Source: Oopsacas minuta (lineage: Eukaryota; Animalia; Porifera). From it: a stretch of 46,318 nt of DNA. The notes under the pieces were generated by a model. The model searched no databases and had not been told where the DNA came from. It saw nothing but the letters and a program-made list of their open reading frames with translations. Within the stretch, counting starts at the first letter, position 1. The number at the start of each line of letters is the position of its first letter. Shown in pieces: positions 33,096 through 45,009 of the stretch. The stretch spans positions 1-46,318 of the forward strand of contig JAKMXF010000053.1 of the NCBI GenBank assembly GCA_024704765.1. The letters run 5' to 3'. Position numbers and translations under genes: made by a program.

Positions 33096-35553
33096 CGTAT
33101 ACTTACCACTTCGTTCCTCGGATTTAGCTTAAGGCCACTTTGGCTAACTTTATTACTGCTTTGTAGCCTACCTGACGGCATGTATGACATTAATCCAAGA
33201 GATGATATTTCTATAGAAGTATATTTCAGCTTGCATGCACCAATTATTACTTCCTTCTTTGCGACCGAAAGTAATGAATATAGTTTATCCAGGGGATATC
33301 CTACTATACAATAGTTTATTCGGACAAAATATTATATGTTATCTAATGCAAATAACTTATGTATAGCTCAGCTATACTATAATACAATTATATTATATAT
33401 TAACTTTTCTATCTTCGACGAAAGGTTTTCTCGGATGAATGAAAATCACGTTTTCAAATCAGGGTTATGGGAGTTTTGGATTACAAAAACAATGTACTAT
33501 ACTCACGGTTTGTCAATTTAAGAGAAATGGGTAAATAAGGTAAAAATGTGTGTAGGAAATTTGTAGGAAATCGATTTATGTACCCCAAAATATCAACAAG
33601 TTTATTTAAACTCATCACAACAGGCGACAATAACGTAACACACTTCACCTATTAAATATGACTTAATTTTCTGACTTTTAGGATGTGTTGTATGCTGTGG
33701 TTAGTTCTCTAGTTAGCTCTACTTTATTGCTATCATATTTGCTAATCATATTTCCTACCAAAATTGTTTCACTACAGCACACTCTTCGTGTTTGGATGTT
33801 TTGACATTGTCTGAAAATGAATTTTTTATGCTACACTTTCTCTAAATCGCCTCACATACTTATTGCACTACTCTAGAAACTCTTCTGAGAGATTGCTTAA
33901 GCCATAGTTATTGTTATAGCTCTCATTTAATTGATAAGAATGAGCGGGTAATTTATGCAACGAGGGTGTTATATTTGCCCATAGGAACTTTAAGAGGATG
34001 AATTAGTAAGTTTCTCTTCATAATTGATTGTATTGATTTGTTCATCGCTCTTTATCAAACGTGTAATAAGAAAATTGAACGACCTCTAATGCAATCTTAT
34101 CTGATGGATTCATTGATGGAATTGCCCACCTCAAAGTCCCTCTTATTCTTAAAGCAATCACGGGACACTTTTCCTGTAGTTGAAATTCCACTATGAGGAG
34201 AATGAACATCTGCTCTTAAATTGTACCATTCTTCAATAATCGATCGAAATCTTTCATTGTTGCTTGATCTTTAACATATCTTGTGTCCAGCATCAAAATG
34301 GTATGTAAGCAACATGTACACACAACTATGAGTGCAAGGTGATGCTGCAATAGTATTGATATTTGAAATATGGACCAGGGATTGATTCGTCGATCTACTG
34401 TGAAAATGGTGATTTCTTCTTTTTATTGCCAAATATGGTCAAACCTAGTCTACTAAACATAAGACTACATATTATTAAGAGAAATTGGGATCATGGGCGC
34501 AATTCTGGATGAAATATGGATGGATTTTCCATCATTATATTGCCCAAGTATAATTAGTTAGGAATGTAACAATTAGTATTTTAATTCTCAATAAAATATA
34601 TAGAAACTACAAGAAAAATTGTATTGAGTTAAATTACAAGTACGAATAGATGAAACAGAAGATCTCAATATAGGATCTGTTAGCTGTTCTTCCTCTGAAG
34701 TACGATGAATTCAATTTTTTCAACTTTACTTTATCTAATCAGCTCTAATCTAACTTAGAATTGTAATATTGCACTTTTTAGCTATTTAACAATTCGCTTC
34801 AGTGAATACAATTTTTCTTAGAATAGGTGACCTATTTCACTTGGAAGAGGGGTATTGTTCTCTCCAACATCCATCACTAATAGTCCACACAAGATCCAAT
34901 AGAATCTGTCTATATAATCCTTCAACAAATATTCTCATCACTTCTACATTTCCTTCGATAACTGTGAAAATCTTCCAAATAGTGATTATGGAATCCAAGA
35001 CTAGTCCAGAAGGATAATTCAGACCTGTACGATAAGTCTGCTCAAGTGTTTTATACTGAAATCCAGTTGATTCATGAATTACGAAATCCTTATCAATTAT
35101 TAATAAATCTTGGCATAAGTGACATGGTGGACTTAGTTTCAGCTATTGGAGTGCAGCATATCCGGCAATGAAAGCTATTGATTGAATTGTTCCGATATCA
35201 CACTCAATGCTGGTGATCAGAAATTACATTAAGGAAAGGGTCAAGATCAATATCAGTTTCCGAAAATAGCTTCTCTTCAGGTGAAATATACTGTGTAATT
35301 TCTTGTAATGAATTATTACATGATTCGGACTGATAGGCAAATAGATTTACAATATTTGAAAATTTCAGACAACGTTCATTCTAATACATGAAGATAAGAG
35401 ATATGGTAGTTGGCACCTGACATCATGCGATAAAGTCCGAATCGATACTCTAATGGGTCAGTTTGTATGAAAGAAGTTGGAAGGTATGAATATCCACAAA
35501 TTTCTGTTAGATAGTTGGCCATTTGTGGTAAAACAATGCAAGCATGTCTTTAG

Positions 35554-36004
35554 TAGGGGTTCCAATACCGGAATTGGCGGAACAATTGTATGATCCTATA
35601 TATTTGTTTAGGAAATAGATATGTCATATAAACATTTAATAATATATTTAGAACAGTAGTAGAATGATTATATAGAAGCTAAAGTAAGAAACTACTATTA
35701 ACTAACGTTAATGGTTCGTGATTATTTTTCTCATTGTTTCGAATAAAACATAAACATGATTGTAGAAGACATAGTTTAGATTTAGCTGAAACTAAGGTGT
35801 AATTGTCTAATCAATCAATTCAACAAATACTTGACAACTTACATTTACAGAATATACCTTAATAGAAATAGGATTATGTATCATGCGATAAAATACATTT
35901 GAGTTACCTCATTGCTTTGTTAATACCAGAGAATGAGATAGATCCCGGGATTCAAAATCTAATCACGGGTGAAAATGGATCGGGATCCCGGGATTGGGAC
36001 CCTA
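35554..36004. mobile_element. hAT-type MITE (451 bp) inside the P transposase
   Basis: Imperfect TIR TAGGGGTTCCAATACCGG / TAGGGTCCCAATCCCGG; 8-bp TSD GTCTTTAG/GTCTTAAG; subterminal GATCCCGGGA repeats. Removing it restores ...FKSLRHACIVLPQ. Confidence 0.85.
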
Positions 36005-36294
36005 GTCTTAAGCTTTTGAAAGTATGTTTGGATAATTTCCCATCTTTCCCAGGGAGAGATTCCCGAGCATCTAATCAATTGACTATAAGATCTAAGAAGG
36101 AGAAGCGATAGTCGTTAAACCGAATGATTCAGCTGGTGGGTCATTTAAACAGACACACTTGTATGGAACATTTATATCGGACATTTTTCCATAGAGGAGA
36201 GATTATTCTGACAAAATCTGAAATAGTGGATGTATTAGCCACACAACGTTGGTCATTTTGACTCATTAGAACAGATATTGTAGATTCATGTATG

Positions 36295-38476
36295 CACAGT
36301 GTGTCGATATGGCGTATTAGGCAAAATTTCAATTACGAATTTAAGCACTTTTTGTGAATCTCCATCGTCGACTTAGTAGGAAAATATTGATGATTGTATG
36401 TATGACCTATAGGAATTTCAATTACCGCCAGCTAAAGTAAGCATATTATAGAAAATTTTAAATATCAAACCGCAATAGTAAATATCTAACTACATTAGCA
36501 ATGATTTTATTCCAAATCTATATACTGTATTTCGTCTGTAGCTAATCATCAATTTGACGTTTTTCGTATATTAGAACAGTTGTGCAATTATATAAGCATC
36601 ATTGTTTCCAAAAAATCTTTTTGGCTGTTTAGTCTTGATGGTCTGGAGGGAAATATTTAGTTTAATATAATGTTTGGAGTGCTGCATCTATCAGGTGACA
36701 AACGAGGACGATAATTTATTGTTTACTGCATAGGGTGCTTACTTTGTTGAAATTATACACCAATTTTCAGACGTGCATCCGAGCGCACAAATATATTATT
36801 AGTACATCAATGCTTGGGCCGGACAAAAAATCGGAAAAATCTATTTTTCGAATTTTTCGAATTTCGAGTAATTTCTACATATCCTCCTCCTCATGTGAAT
36901 TTATATGATTCACAAAAATACTTTTAATCTTTTATGTCTAATAATAGCACCTAGTGAATTAAAGGCCACTATTATGGCCAACAAAGACGCTTATAGTATC
37001 TTTATTTCAAAGGGCAAATTCCTAAAGAAGTAACAGCGCAGTTTCTTATTGATGATATGAATATTTCACATAAAGAACATCCGGATATTCTATATAAGTT
37101 CAAGTCCCTTATATCATCCAGAGTGTATTCCTGGAATAAGCGCTATCTTGAAACCTTGGAGGATTTGACCTTCTATTAAAATACCTCACCTCTATCAACT
37201 TCCATTCCGAAGAAGAAGCGAATTTCACTCGATCCTGGATTAGTACTTTTTCGTAAAGTTTCTATTTCTGAAAGTCAAATTTCTCTGAAGTAATTGTCTA
37301 TGATTCAGAAAGCATCTTCTTGATTGCAATCTTCAAACTTCCAGATTTATACCGAGCAGTCGTTTAGACCATACTCATTTCTTAGCTGAAAGAGAAATGT
37401 CCAGCCTAAACTACTAGCTGCTCTAGCTTTAGAATTAGTCTGTAACAATTCTTACCATCGCGATACTTCACAAGTGTGTAAGGAGGTCATCAACAAGGAT
37501 TCTTTTAGTGGAGTCTTGCACAGAGCGCCAATCGATAAATATGCCTATTTGTTGGACTGGTTAGAGATTGGAGCGAGCAAAGGTAAAAATTCAAAAACTT
37601 CTTCCATTGATTCATCTGATAACCCTTATTTGTGAAGATCCAGACTAATCTATCCATGGAGTTACGACTTGTGAACAACTGTAACTTAATCAATTGTAAT
37701 AAATGGAAGAATTATGTAAAGAAACTTATGAATACATCTTAGTTCAGTTTCATGGCGAACATCACCTCCTCTTTACACAAGCTACTTTCCATTCTTTCAA
37801 GATTATTGGACAATATAATAACGACAAAGGATTGCAAAATCAATCAGAAGAATGTCTAAATGCTTGTAATAAGTACGTGAGCTGGTACAGGAAAAATCTT
37901 GCCAGAAAAGCATCATTCTCTGACATTTTGTGAGATATTCTAGTTCACTTTCTGTGTTGTAATGATCCTCTATTAGTGCAGAATCGTTTTACATCCACCA
38001 AGATGAGCAATTCTGGTGCCTGTGAACAATATAGTCCCCAAGCTCTTATATAATAGCATATTATTGGAGAATGATAATTTCTTAAAGAATATTCGAGGTT
38101 AAGTTTATATATTTAGTAACAGTTTCCGCAAGATATAATCCCCTCTATTATGTTGTAAAGGGAAAAGCTACACCCCTGGTTCATTATTATATAATAGCTA
38201 GTATTATATTTATGCTATAATCGATACTAGTAGGAAACTTGACTTGATACCATAAATTCAATCATAGAATTAACAAATAATATTATTGAACCATGAATGT
38301 TATAAATAATACAATCACCGAAATGACCTCATATTCCCAATAGTGGTAATACTACGGAAAATTTAAATTATAATTTTCGATATTTACGGTGTCTATTTAC
38401 TATATAGACCAAATAAAGCATGCCTAGTTGTAATTGTTACCTTAATACGCCATTATGGCGATCTTGGCACACTGTG
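36295..38476 (+). mobile_element. Transib/RAG1-like transposon, internally deleted (2182 bp)
   Basis: Both ends begin CACAGTG; perfect 5-bp TSD GTATG (36290-94 and 38477-81). Removing it restores the host P frame. Relic ORF ~36974-38050 contains ANITSSLHKLLS/HS, QSEECLNACNKY..YRKNLARK and NDP. Confidence 0.9.
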
Positions 38477-39505
38477 GTATGGTTTTTAAAGCTAGTTTCA
38501 CATTCTGACGCTCTAAATTAGAGAGAAAATATGCTTTAATATTAACCGCGGAGCTAGTTTTGGCAAACTTTCTTTCTCAGAACAATATATGATGCAGACA
38601 TCACGCAAAGAAGCTGAGCACATTCTCAAAGGCTAGGAACAATAATCTGTTCAGATATCTTAAAAATTAGGCTAAATCAAACTCTTACTCTTTGAATTCA
38701 GATTTAACCATTTATTTCATATTGTCTTTAAAATATGAACCAAATCAAAGGTGAGAAATATTATTCTATTTTAATTAGAAGGTTGAGCAACTTGAATTTC
38801 CAGCTTAGCACTTTTAGAGAAAAGTTTAAATAATATTACATCGAGAGAATAGTGGTCGGTAGAGATAATATCTATGAATAGGCCACAACACTCAATATCT
38901 TGGACACAAGATACCACTATCGTAAATATCTTTTCTGCAGAATGAAAGGGGCAGTGTAATAGACAAACAAAACAAGACCATTTTAATGGAGATTAGATAC
39001 CATAATTACGAATACAGTTTTGATTGGATCTTCTGGCGTCAAACTAGTCCCGTATATCCTACCACCAATGTATGAAATATCCGATTTCACATGAATTTCG
39101 TCCATTTGGACAATAATGTATTTTCAGCATCACGAAAGAACGACTCTCTTGTTTGAAGATGGTAAAATAGTCACTTTCAAGGCCATTGACAAGAGTATTT
39201 TCATGAGGAAGAGTTAGACAAGGCATTGCTGAAGATATTTATTACATCCTGGAGAAATACAACGTGTTTAGGGCCAATATTTGTGTAGTACATTATATCT
39301 ACGTCTGTCTTGAGGAACAAGAATGTTTTCTAATTAGCATTGTATGAATTGCAATATTGAAAGTTCTAGATGTTCAGGTAATTCTATATCTGATTCATTT
39401 GTTTGTAAAGTGTTTATGGCCTGTTGAATATGGCCTCTTGCTAAAGAAATATGGATAGCATTTGTCTTAGAAATATACAATTCACTTGGATTTGTTGATT
39501 TGGAT

Positions 39506-39940
39506 CAGGGGTGGGCAAACTACGCTCCCCTGGCTTAAGTATTTTGAGAACTCTAATTAGTTGATCATTGTCTTACTCTTCCTGCGCATTCGGAAATTCG
39601 TCCCATGGAAAATTTGATTAAGTGATCTATCTGGGAGATGTATATATAGACACAAAGTGAACTTTCCGCGATCCCTTCCTGACTTAGCAATGAATTCGTT
39701 ATTAGTTTTCATTATTAGTTCTGTATCTTGGTAGGGCTTCGAAAATTTCAAGAATCACCTTCATTGTTCTGATTATACAATATTGGTGAATTGTTACGTA
39801 TAATTATCGTTTATATTACAATTAGCTAGTAGAGTTTCTGTAAAATATTAGAACATGGAAAGTAGTAGTAGGTCAGAAGGCCCGCATAAAAATTTGGAAT
39901 TACAATGCGGCCCTCACAGAAAATAGTTTGCCCACCCCTG
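39506..39940. mobile_element. hAT (Charlie-like) MITE (435 bp) inside the P transposase
   Basis: Perfect 17-bp TIR CAGGGGTGGGCAAACTA; 8-bp TSD ATTTGGAT/ATTTTGAT. Confidence 0.9.
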
Positions 39941-40529
39941 ATTTTGATGCTTCACCAAGTATTGTTAATATTGTCGAACAGCGCTTATTGACGTTAGCGA
40001 AAGCAAACAATGTTCTCCATTACAATATACTCTAACAGATAGATAGGATTTCACTATCAATTACATATTTACCATACTTGGGTGCATGAAAACAATACTA
40101 TTTGGCTCAGGATACCATAATACTCATGTTTTAGACAAGAATAGCAAAGGTAATTTGTCTAAATATTGGAAATCTGTTCATTTTGAGTTTATCTATCTCT
40201 TCAGCTTCTGATTTCAAGCTAAATGTCAAAGTTTCGTGGAATAGTTCATCTTCTCTTAATTCTAGGGAACGCCTGCGCTTAGTATTAGTTTGTTAGTATG
40301 ATGGACTAACTGTTAGAAACCCTGGTACAGCCCCATCTTTCCCCTTTGGGGTCACTTGAGGGATTTCACGAAAGGTTCTATCTCTATTTGGATCTTTGTG
40401 ACTGTATTCTACATTCTCTCCGCGAAAACTTTTAACATTACATAAACAGACTTCAATTTATCTTAATCATCCCTCCGAAGAACCCTAATTCCAGAATTAC
40501 TGAGTCCAAACTCTTAAGGAGGCTGCACT

Positions 40530-41830
40530 GAAATATCTCGGTTGATCGAAAATCATGTGGCCTTTTGTGAGACTTGTTGGGTGTGCCTTCTAACGAAAGC
40601 AAAGAAGTCCCTAGAAAGTGTGATTGTGAAACCCACCATATCCACCGATTCTATTTGCAGGCCTCATATAAACTTGATCGATATGAGCGATCAAAATCTC
40701 GCCGTTAACTTGTCCACAGATGGGATTATCCCTTACAAATATCTCTTTGTCTATTTTGATAATTTTGCCTAGAAGATCAACCTGGCTCCGCTCAAACTTA
40801 AGTCAGCTGAAGAGGTATGTGAGAAGTTGCTTGATTTTTTCTGTGACTCTGCACCACCACACATCCTCCACTCAGACAATGGTAGGGAATTCTCTAATGA
40901 TCTCCTCTTCAATATCCTAGTAACGAAATTACCAAGAATACAATTGTCGATGGAAAGCCTAGACACCCAGAGTCTTGAAGGTGCTGTGGGCGAGCTAACC
41001 GCTACATCAAAAAAGGTCTTTTCGAAATGATGCATGGTAACAACAATGATTATTATTGGTGAAGTACCTAAGGTGGGTGCAATGGAATCACAACACTAGC
41101 TATCACACTGCCACCCGGAGGACTCCGTATGAAGCTGTTTACAGCAAGAAGCCGTCAATGGAACTGACAAATATTGGCATCCATGTGAGTTTTGGCCTAC
41201 CATTCACTGAAGATGACATTAAAATCTTCCAGAAGAGGTACATTGCACAACCTCGTTAGGTAGAAGTTCTAACCGTAGAGTCAAAAGGAATTGAACATGA
41301 GTATCAATGTGATGCTAATAATCAATCCTATTCAGCTATTCCATCTCCTCCTCTTTCAGAATTTCCCACCCAACCAGACGAATATGAAGATCAAATCTTG
41401 ACTACTCTACCGTTTGAAACAATTATTAGCGATAATTTGGTGTCCATTCCTTCCAATATTACATCTCCGCTACCTCTACTGACTTCCTTGCCTTCGAAAA
41501 CCAGATTTCAGATGATATACTTCCATCCAAGTACTAATCAGGGACTGCTGGTTCTCAATTCACTTCACCTGAACCTGATTAATGCAATTCGATATCAACT
41601 CGAGATGGTGTTGCTTATGGAAGAGAAACTTCTGGCGCACGTTCTTGTCCACGCTGTTTTGGTTTCACCTACATTATATATGGGTGGTCTGAGGGAGAAG
41701 AAGGCTACGGAAGCTGTGTAGTGCGTCCTGCGTGTGAACTTTCACCCAGAAGAGAAGCATGTAACAAGATGAGTGCTGGGATCAAACTTTGTCAGGAGAA
41801 ACGACATGATAGGATGCTTAATACTGCAGT
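40530..41830 (+). pseudogene. Ginger/KRBA2-SCAND3-like integrase relic with Cys/His-rich (PHD-like) tail
   Basis: HVAFCETC, VKPTIS, HINLIDMS, YKYLFVYFD, APPHILHSDNGREFSN, GKPRHPE.QGAVGRAN, W..YLRWVQWNHNTSYH...RRTPYEAVY, then ETSGARSCPRC...GWSEGEEGYGS. Confidence 0.85.
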
Positions 41831-41994
41831 TAATTACACTCGTAACCAGTTTGAAATATGCCGGTGTTGTGAAATCTGAGTTGGTTAATATTAGCGCAAT
41901 TGACTCATAGGAGTCTGAAGTTCAGTGAAAGCAGCATGATTCCAGTTTGCAATTGATTAAATTCAAGGCCTCCCGTTTGATTATTAGCATTAGC

Positions 41995-42120
41995 CAGGGC
42001 CAGGGCTTCCACTAGACGAATAGGCAGTCGCCTTGGGCGGCATAATAGATTTAACTCGTTGAGTACTCAAAATTGGGTGAAGGGCGGCAAATTTTGAAAC
42101 CGCCTCAAGGACCGGCCCTG
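41995..42120. mobile_element. Mini hAT MITE (126 bp)
   Basis: Ends CAGGGCC...GGCCCTG; 8-bp TSD GCATTAGC/GCATCAGC; GGGCGGC subterminal motifs. Confidence 0.8.
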
Positions 42121-42964
42121 GCATCAGCGTTTGACTCGATGGTGGCGAATTTTCATCCGACGGCATTGGTATCCAGTACTGGAAGGAGGTGAAATGGTGG
42201 CTTTGTCGTTGTTACCTCGACCTTAAACAAATTAGGGAACAAAAGCAATTCTGGCGGAGTCAATATACAAAATTGCTTACACCTCTATGTAAATTTCATG
42301 AAGATACAGTCTCCACCTCTAAGCCTGGGGTCCAGACCCCCAGATACCCAAACTTTGGCGCCTATGATAGATTATCACAAAAATTGATTGCTCTCGAAAT
42401 CTTTTGCGTTCTGGTAGTTCCACATTACACTCTAATACATAATTCAATATGTGTACTACGATATAAATATATAGTTTTTCTCAATATTCTACAATATTCT
42501 ATTACAACTCTACTCGTGTTTATACTGGTGTAATCAAAAGATTAATCAAACTTGAATATTCTCACGTTTGCACTGCAAATTATGCCCAGAAATTTAACCT
42601 CCCTGGTGAAATACAAGGAAATACTTTAGCGTATCAATTAAATCTGTTAAATACTTATTCGAAAATCTAGAATTTGATTGAATTCTGATTTAATCACTCG
42701 CAAACAGTTTTGTAATTTACGATTAGTGAAATTTCCACTTTCAAATCCAACGAATGTTGTATGATACCATCCATATTTTGTGCGTCCAATTTTCCAAGGA
42801 TTTCTATCATCGTTTTGCGATTGTCTCGCAAGTTTTTGAAGAATTCAATATTCTTATTTGCGTTGTCGCCGTTGTTTATTTACACTGATTATTGGTTATT
42901 CATTTCAAAATTTCCTATTTACAATTTATGGATTGTTCATTGTGATGTTTTCGTAACGATCATT

Positions 42965-43036
42965 GTGGATGCTTTCGCCCCCCAATATGCTTCCAATGCT
43001 CCCTAGGGCCTCTATGGCCCACTTTGAGAACCACTG
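42965..43036. mobile_element. Solo right end of a Charlie-like hAT
   Basis: GCCCACTTTGAGAACCACTG followed by TTCTAGGA, which fits the NTCTAGAN-like target; partner end not found. Confidence 0.5.
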
Positions 43037-45009
43037 TTCTAGGAAATCAGAATCAACTGCTACTCTTCTCTTTCGAAGATTATTCGTTGATACAGGAGGA
43101 ATTACTTCAGAGAAATAGAATAATATAGAGTTCCACGTCTGTTTTTGCCGAGGCTCTCTCTACTTGCCAATAGACTTCTGAATCTGCTACAAACTAATTC
43201 AAAATTATCTTCAGATAAATGGTGGCGTGTAGCAAGTTATCTGACTGTAATGGAGATGTTTTCTCATTAGACACATACGAATCATAAGCCTCTGTTTGCA
43301 ACATATATGCGTTCATAATTTTACTCTCCTTAAAATATTTATCAGAATAATGGGACGGCAGAAACAACAATATCTTTTGAGATTCATTGTACTCTGAATC
43401 ATTTCTTGATGAATATATATAGTTTTTCATACTGAATCTTGAGCTTGAGTTATCTCAATACGCACCCTGTTGATTACAGTATGACAGATTGCGATGATTG
43501 AAATTGATAGTTTAACATGCTAGACTCTTCAATATCAAATGCTTAAGTTTTCTACAAGGCATAACTATGTAATTCACTATTATTAAACAAAGAAGGATAC
43601 ATTTCTATCGAGTTTATAGTACTTTGAGCAATAATGAACACATCTGATAGGCATTGAACGACATGATTGATTCCCTATTTAGAGATTCCCATGGCCTACT
43701 CTAGTATAAGGACTGCCAACCTCTAATGAATTTTGGAGCAGGGGAATGCCCAAATACTTCTATGGTGGAATTTCACAAGGTAAGGACATTGGATTTATGT
43801 GGACAATACGCACAGTCAATACTTTGTCTAAACTGAGAATACATGTACTTTTGGCAAATATGCACATTTAACTTTGCCTTATCCAGTTACTGGCTCTTCA
43901 ATCTTTCGAATGTAGTCAATTTGAGATTATTATAAGATGCATTTAGTACTAGTGTGATATAGTGTTCTTAGACCGTTAAGTTACATCATACAATCCCTTC
44001 GTGGGTGTTCTAGTTTACTCTAGTTTATTACTATATTAGGTAGTTATCTTTAGTCTCATTCACTTACCTCATTTCTATTATTGTGATTGTGTAAATTAGT
44101 TATCTATTATCTTTATGTTATTATCGACTACATCATAATAGTAGGGCTCTCATGATATCGGCCCAAACTCACTACATAATCCAAGGTTCTTCCCAGGATT
44201 TCTTAAGGCGTAGCGGCACTTTTGCTGTCGTAATGGTAACGAAAAGTGTGGCGGCCATTGTCCCCCAACCTATTTCTTACACCATATATTCAATTAATCT
44301 CTATTAATCGGGACCTCTATTCGCGTGGCAATTTTGGTATACCTCTATAAGCGGTGAGTGTGGAAAGGCTTACTTCAGAGAAAATTCTACATCACACTTT
44401 TGAAATTTACCTGTACAAGAGGTGAATTTACGTTAATTATCTGTCATAATATTATCAATTTTTCTGGTAAATTTCAAAAAGGATCAACAAATACTGTAGT
44501 ATATGATGTAGGTTCGCTTATTATTTAGCATTGAGTAATAATCTATAAAATTTTGGATCCTTCTAAAGTACATTTGTTAAACTCTCAGATAGATGGCTGG
44601 CATTTTGACTTCCCATATTGGATTGCAACAATATCATATAATTAGAAATAATATTATATTTATCCACTTCACATAATTCTTATAAGGGAATTCGAAGCCG
44701 ATATCCTTTCCTCTGAAGGTTTATTTGCCGAAACTCCTCCCAAACGTAAGGAGTAGCGGCCCGAAACGTCAAAACACCCTGGGTAGAACCCTTTGATCCT
44801 TTGTAATTATATAACAAATTCTAGTAATTCGTACAACAATGGACCACACCAAGATCAATCAAGATGAAGTACTTGTGACTTGTGAGTATGTATTTTTACA
44901 TTGTAAATATACTGTTGGAGGAATTTGCCAAGTATTCGTTCTGCACATTTAATGCGAATGTTCCAAACTACATTTTATAGTTATCAATTAAATATTCTTT
45001 ATACCATAG

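Larger units (their letters stand above)
34670..40530 (-). pseudogene. THAP-domain P-element-like transposase, degraded and split by three insertions
   Basis: THAP C-terminus (KDGAVP, ~40330), RRYNVL, QMDEIHVKSDISY, FDLVHILKTI, SNLERQNVKLALKT|IHESTI (bar = Transib site), QTDPLEYRFGLYRMMSGANY, FIAGYA, CHLC, GLNYPS. Confidence 0.88.

Noticed and set aside
43690-43900. Minus-strand CxxC-like peptide (CAYCPH) as a zinc-ribbon gene
   Set aside because: Frames are stop-ridden, and the plus strand resembles the putative non-coding P-element end at 34444.
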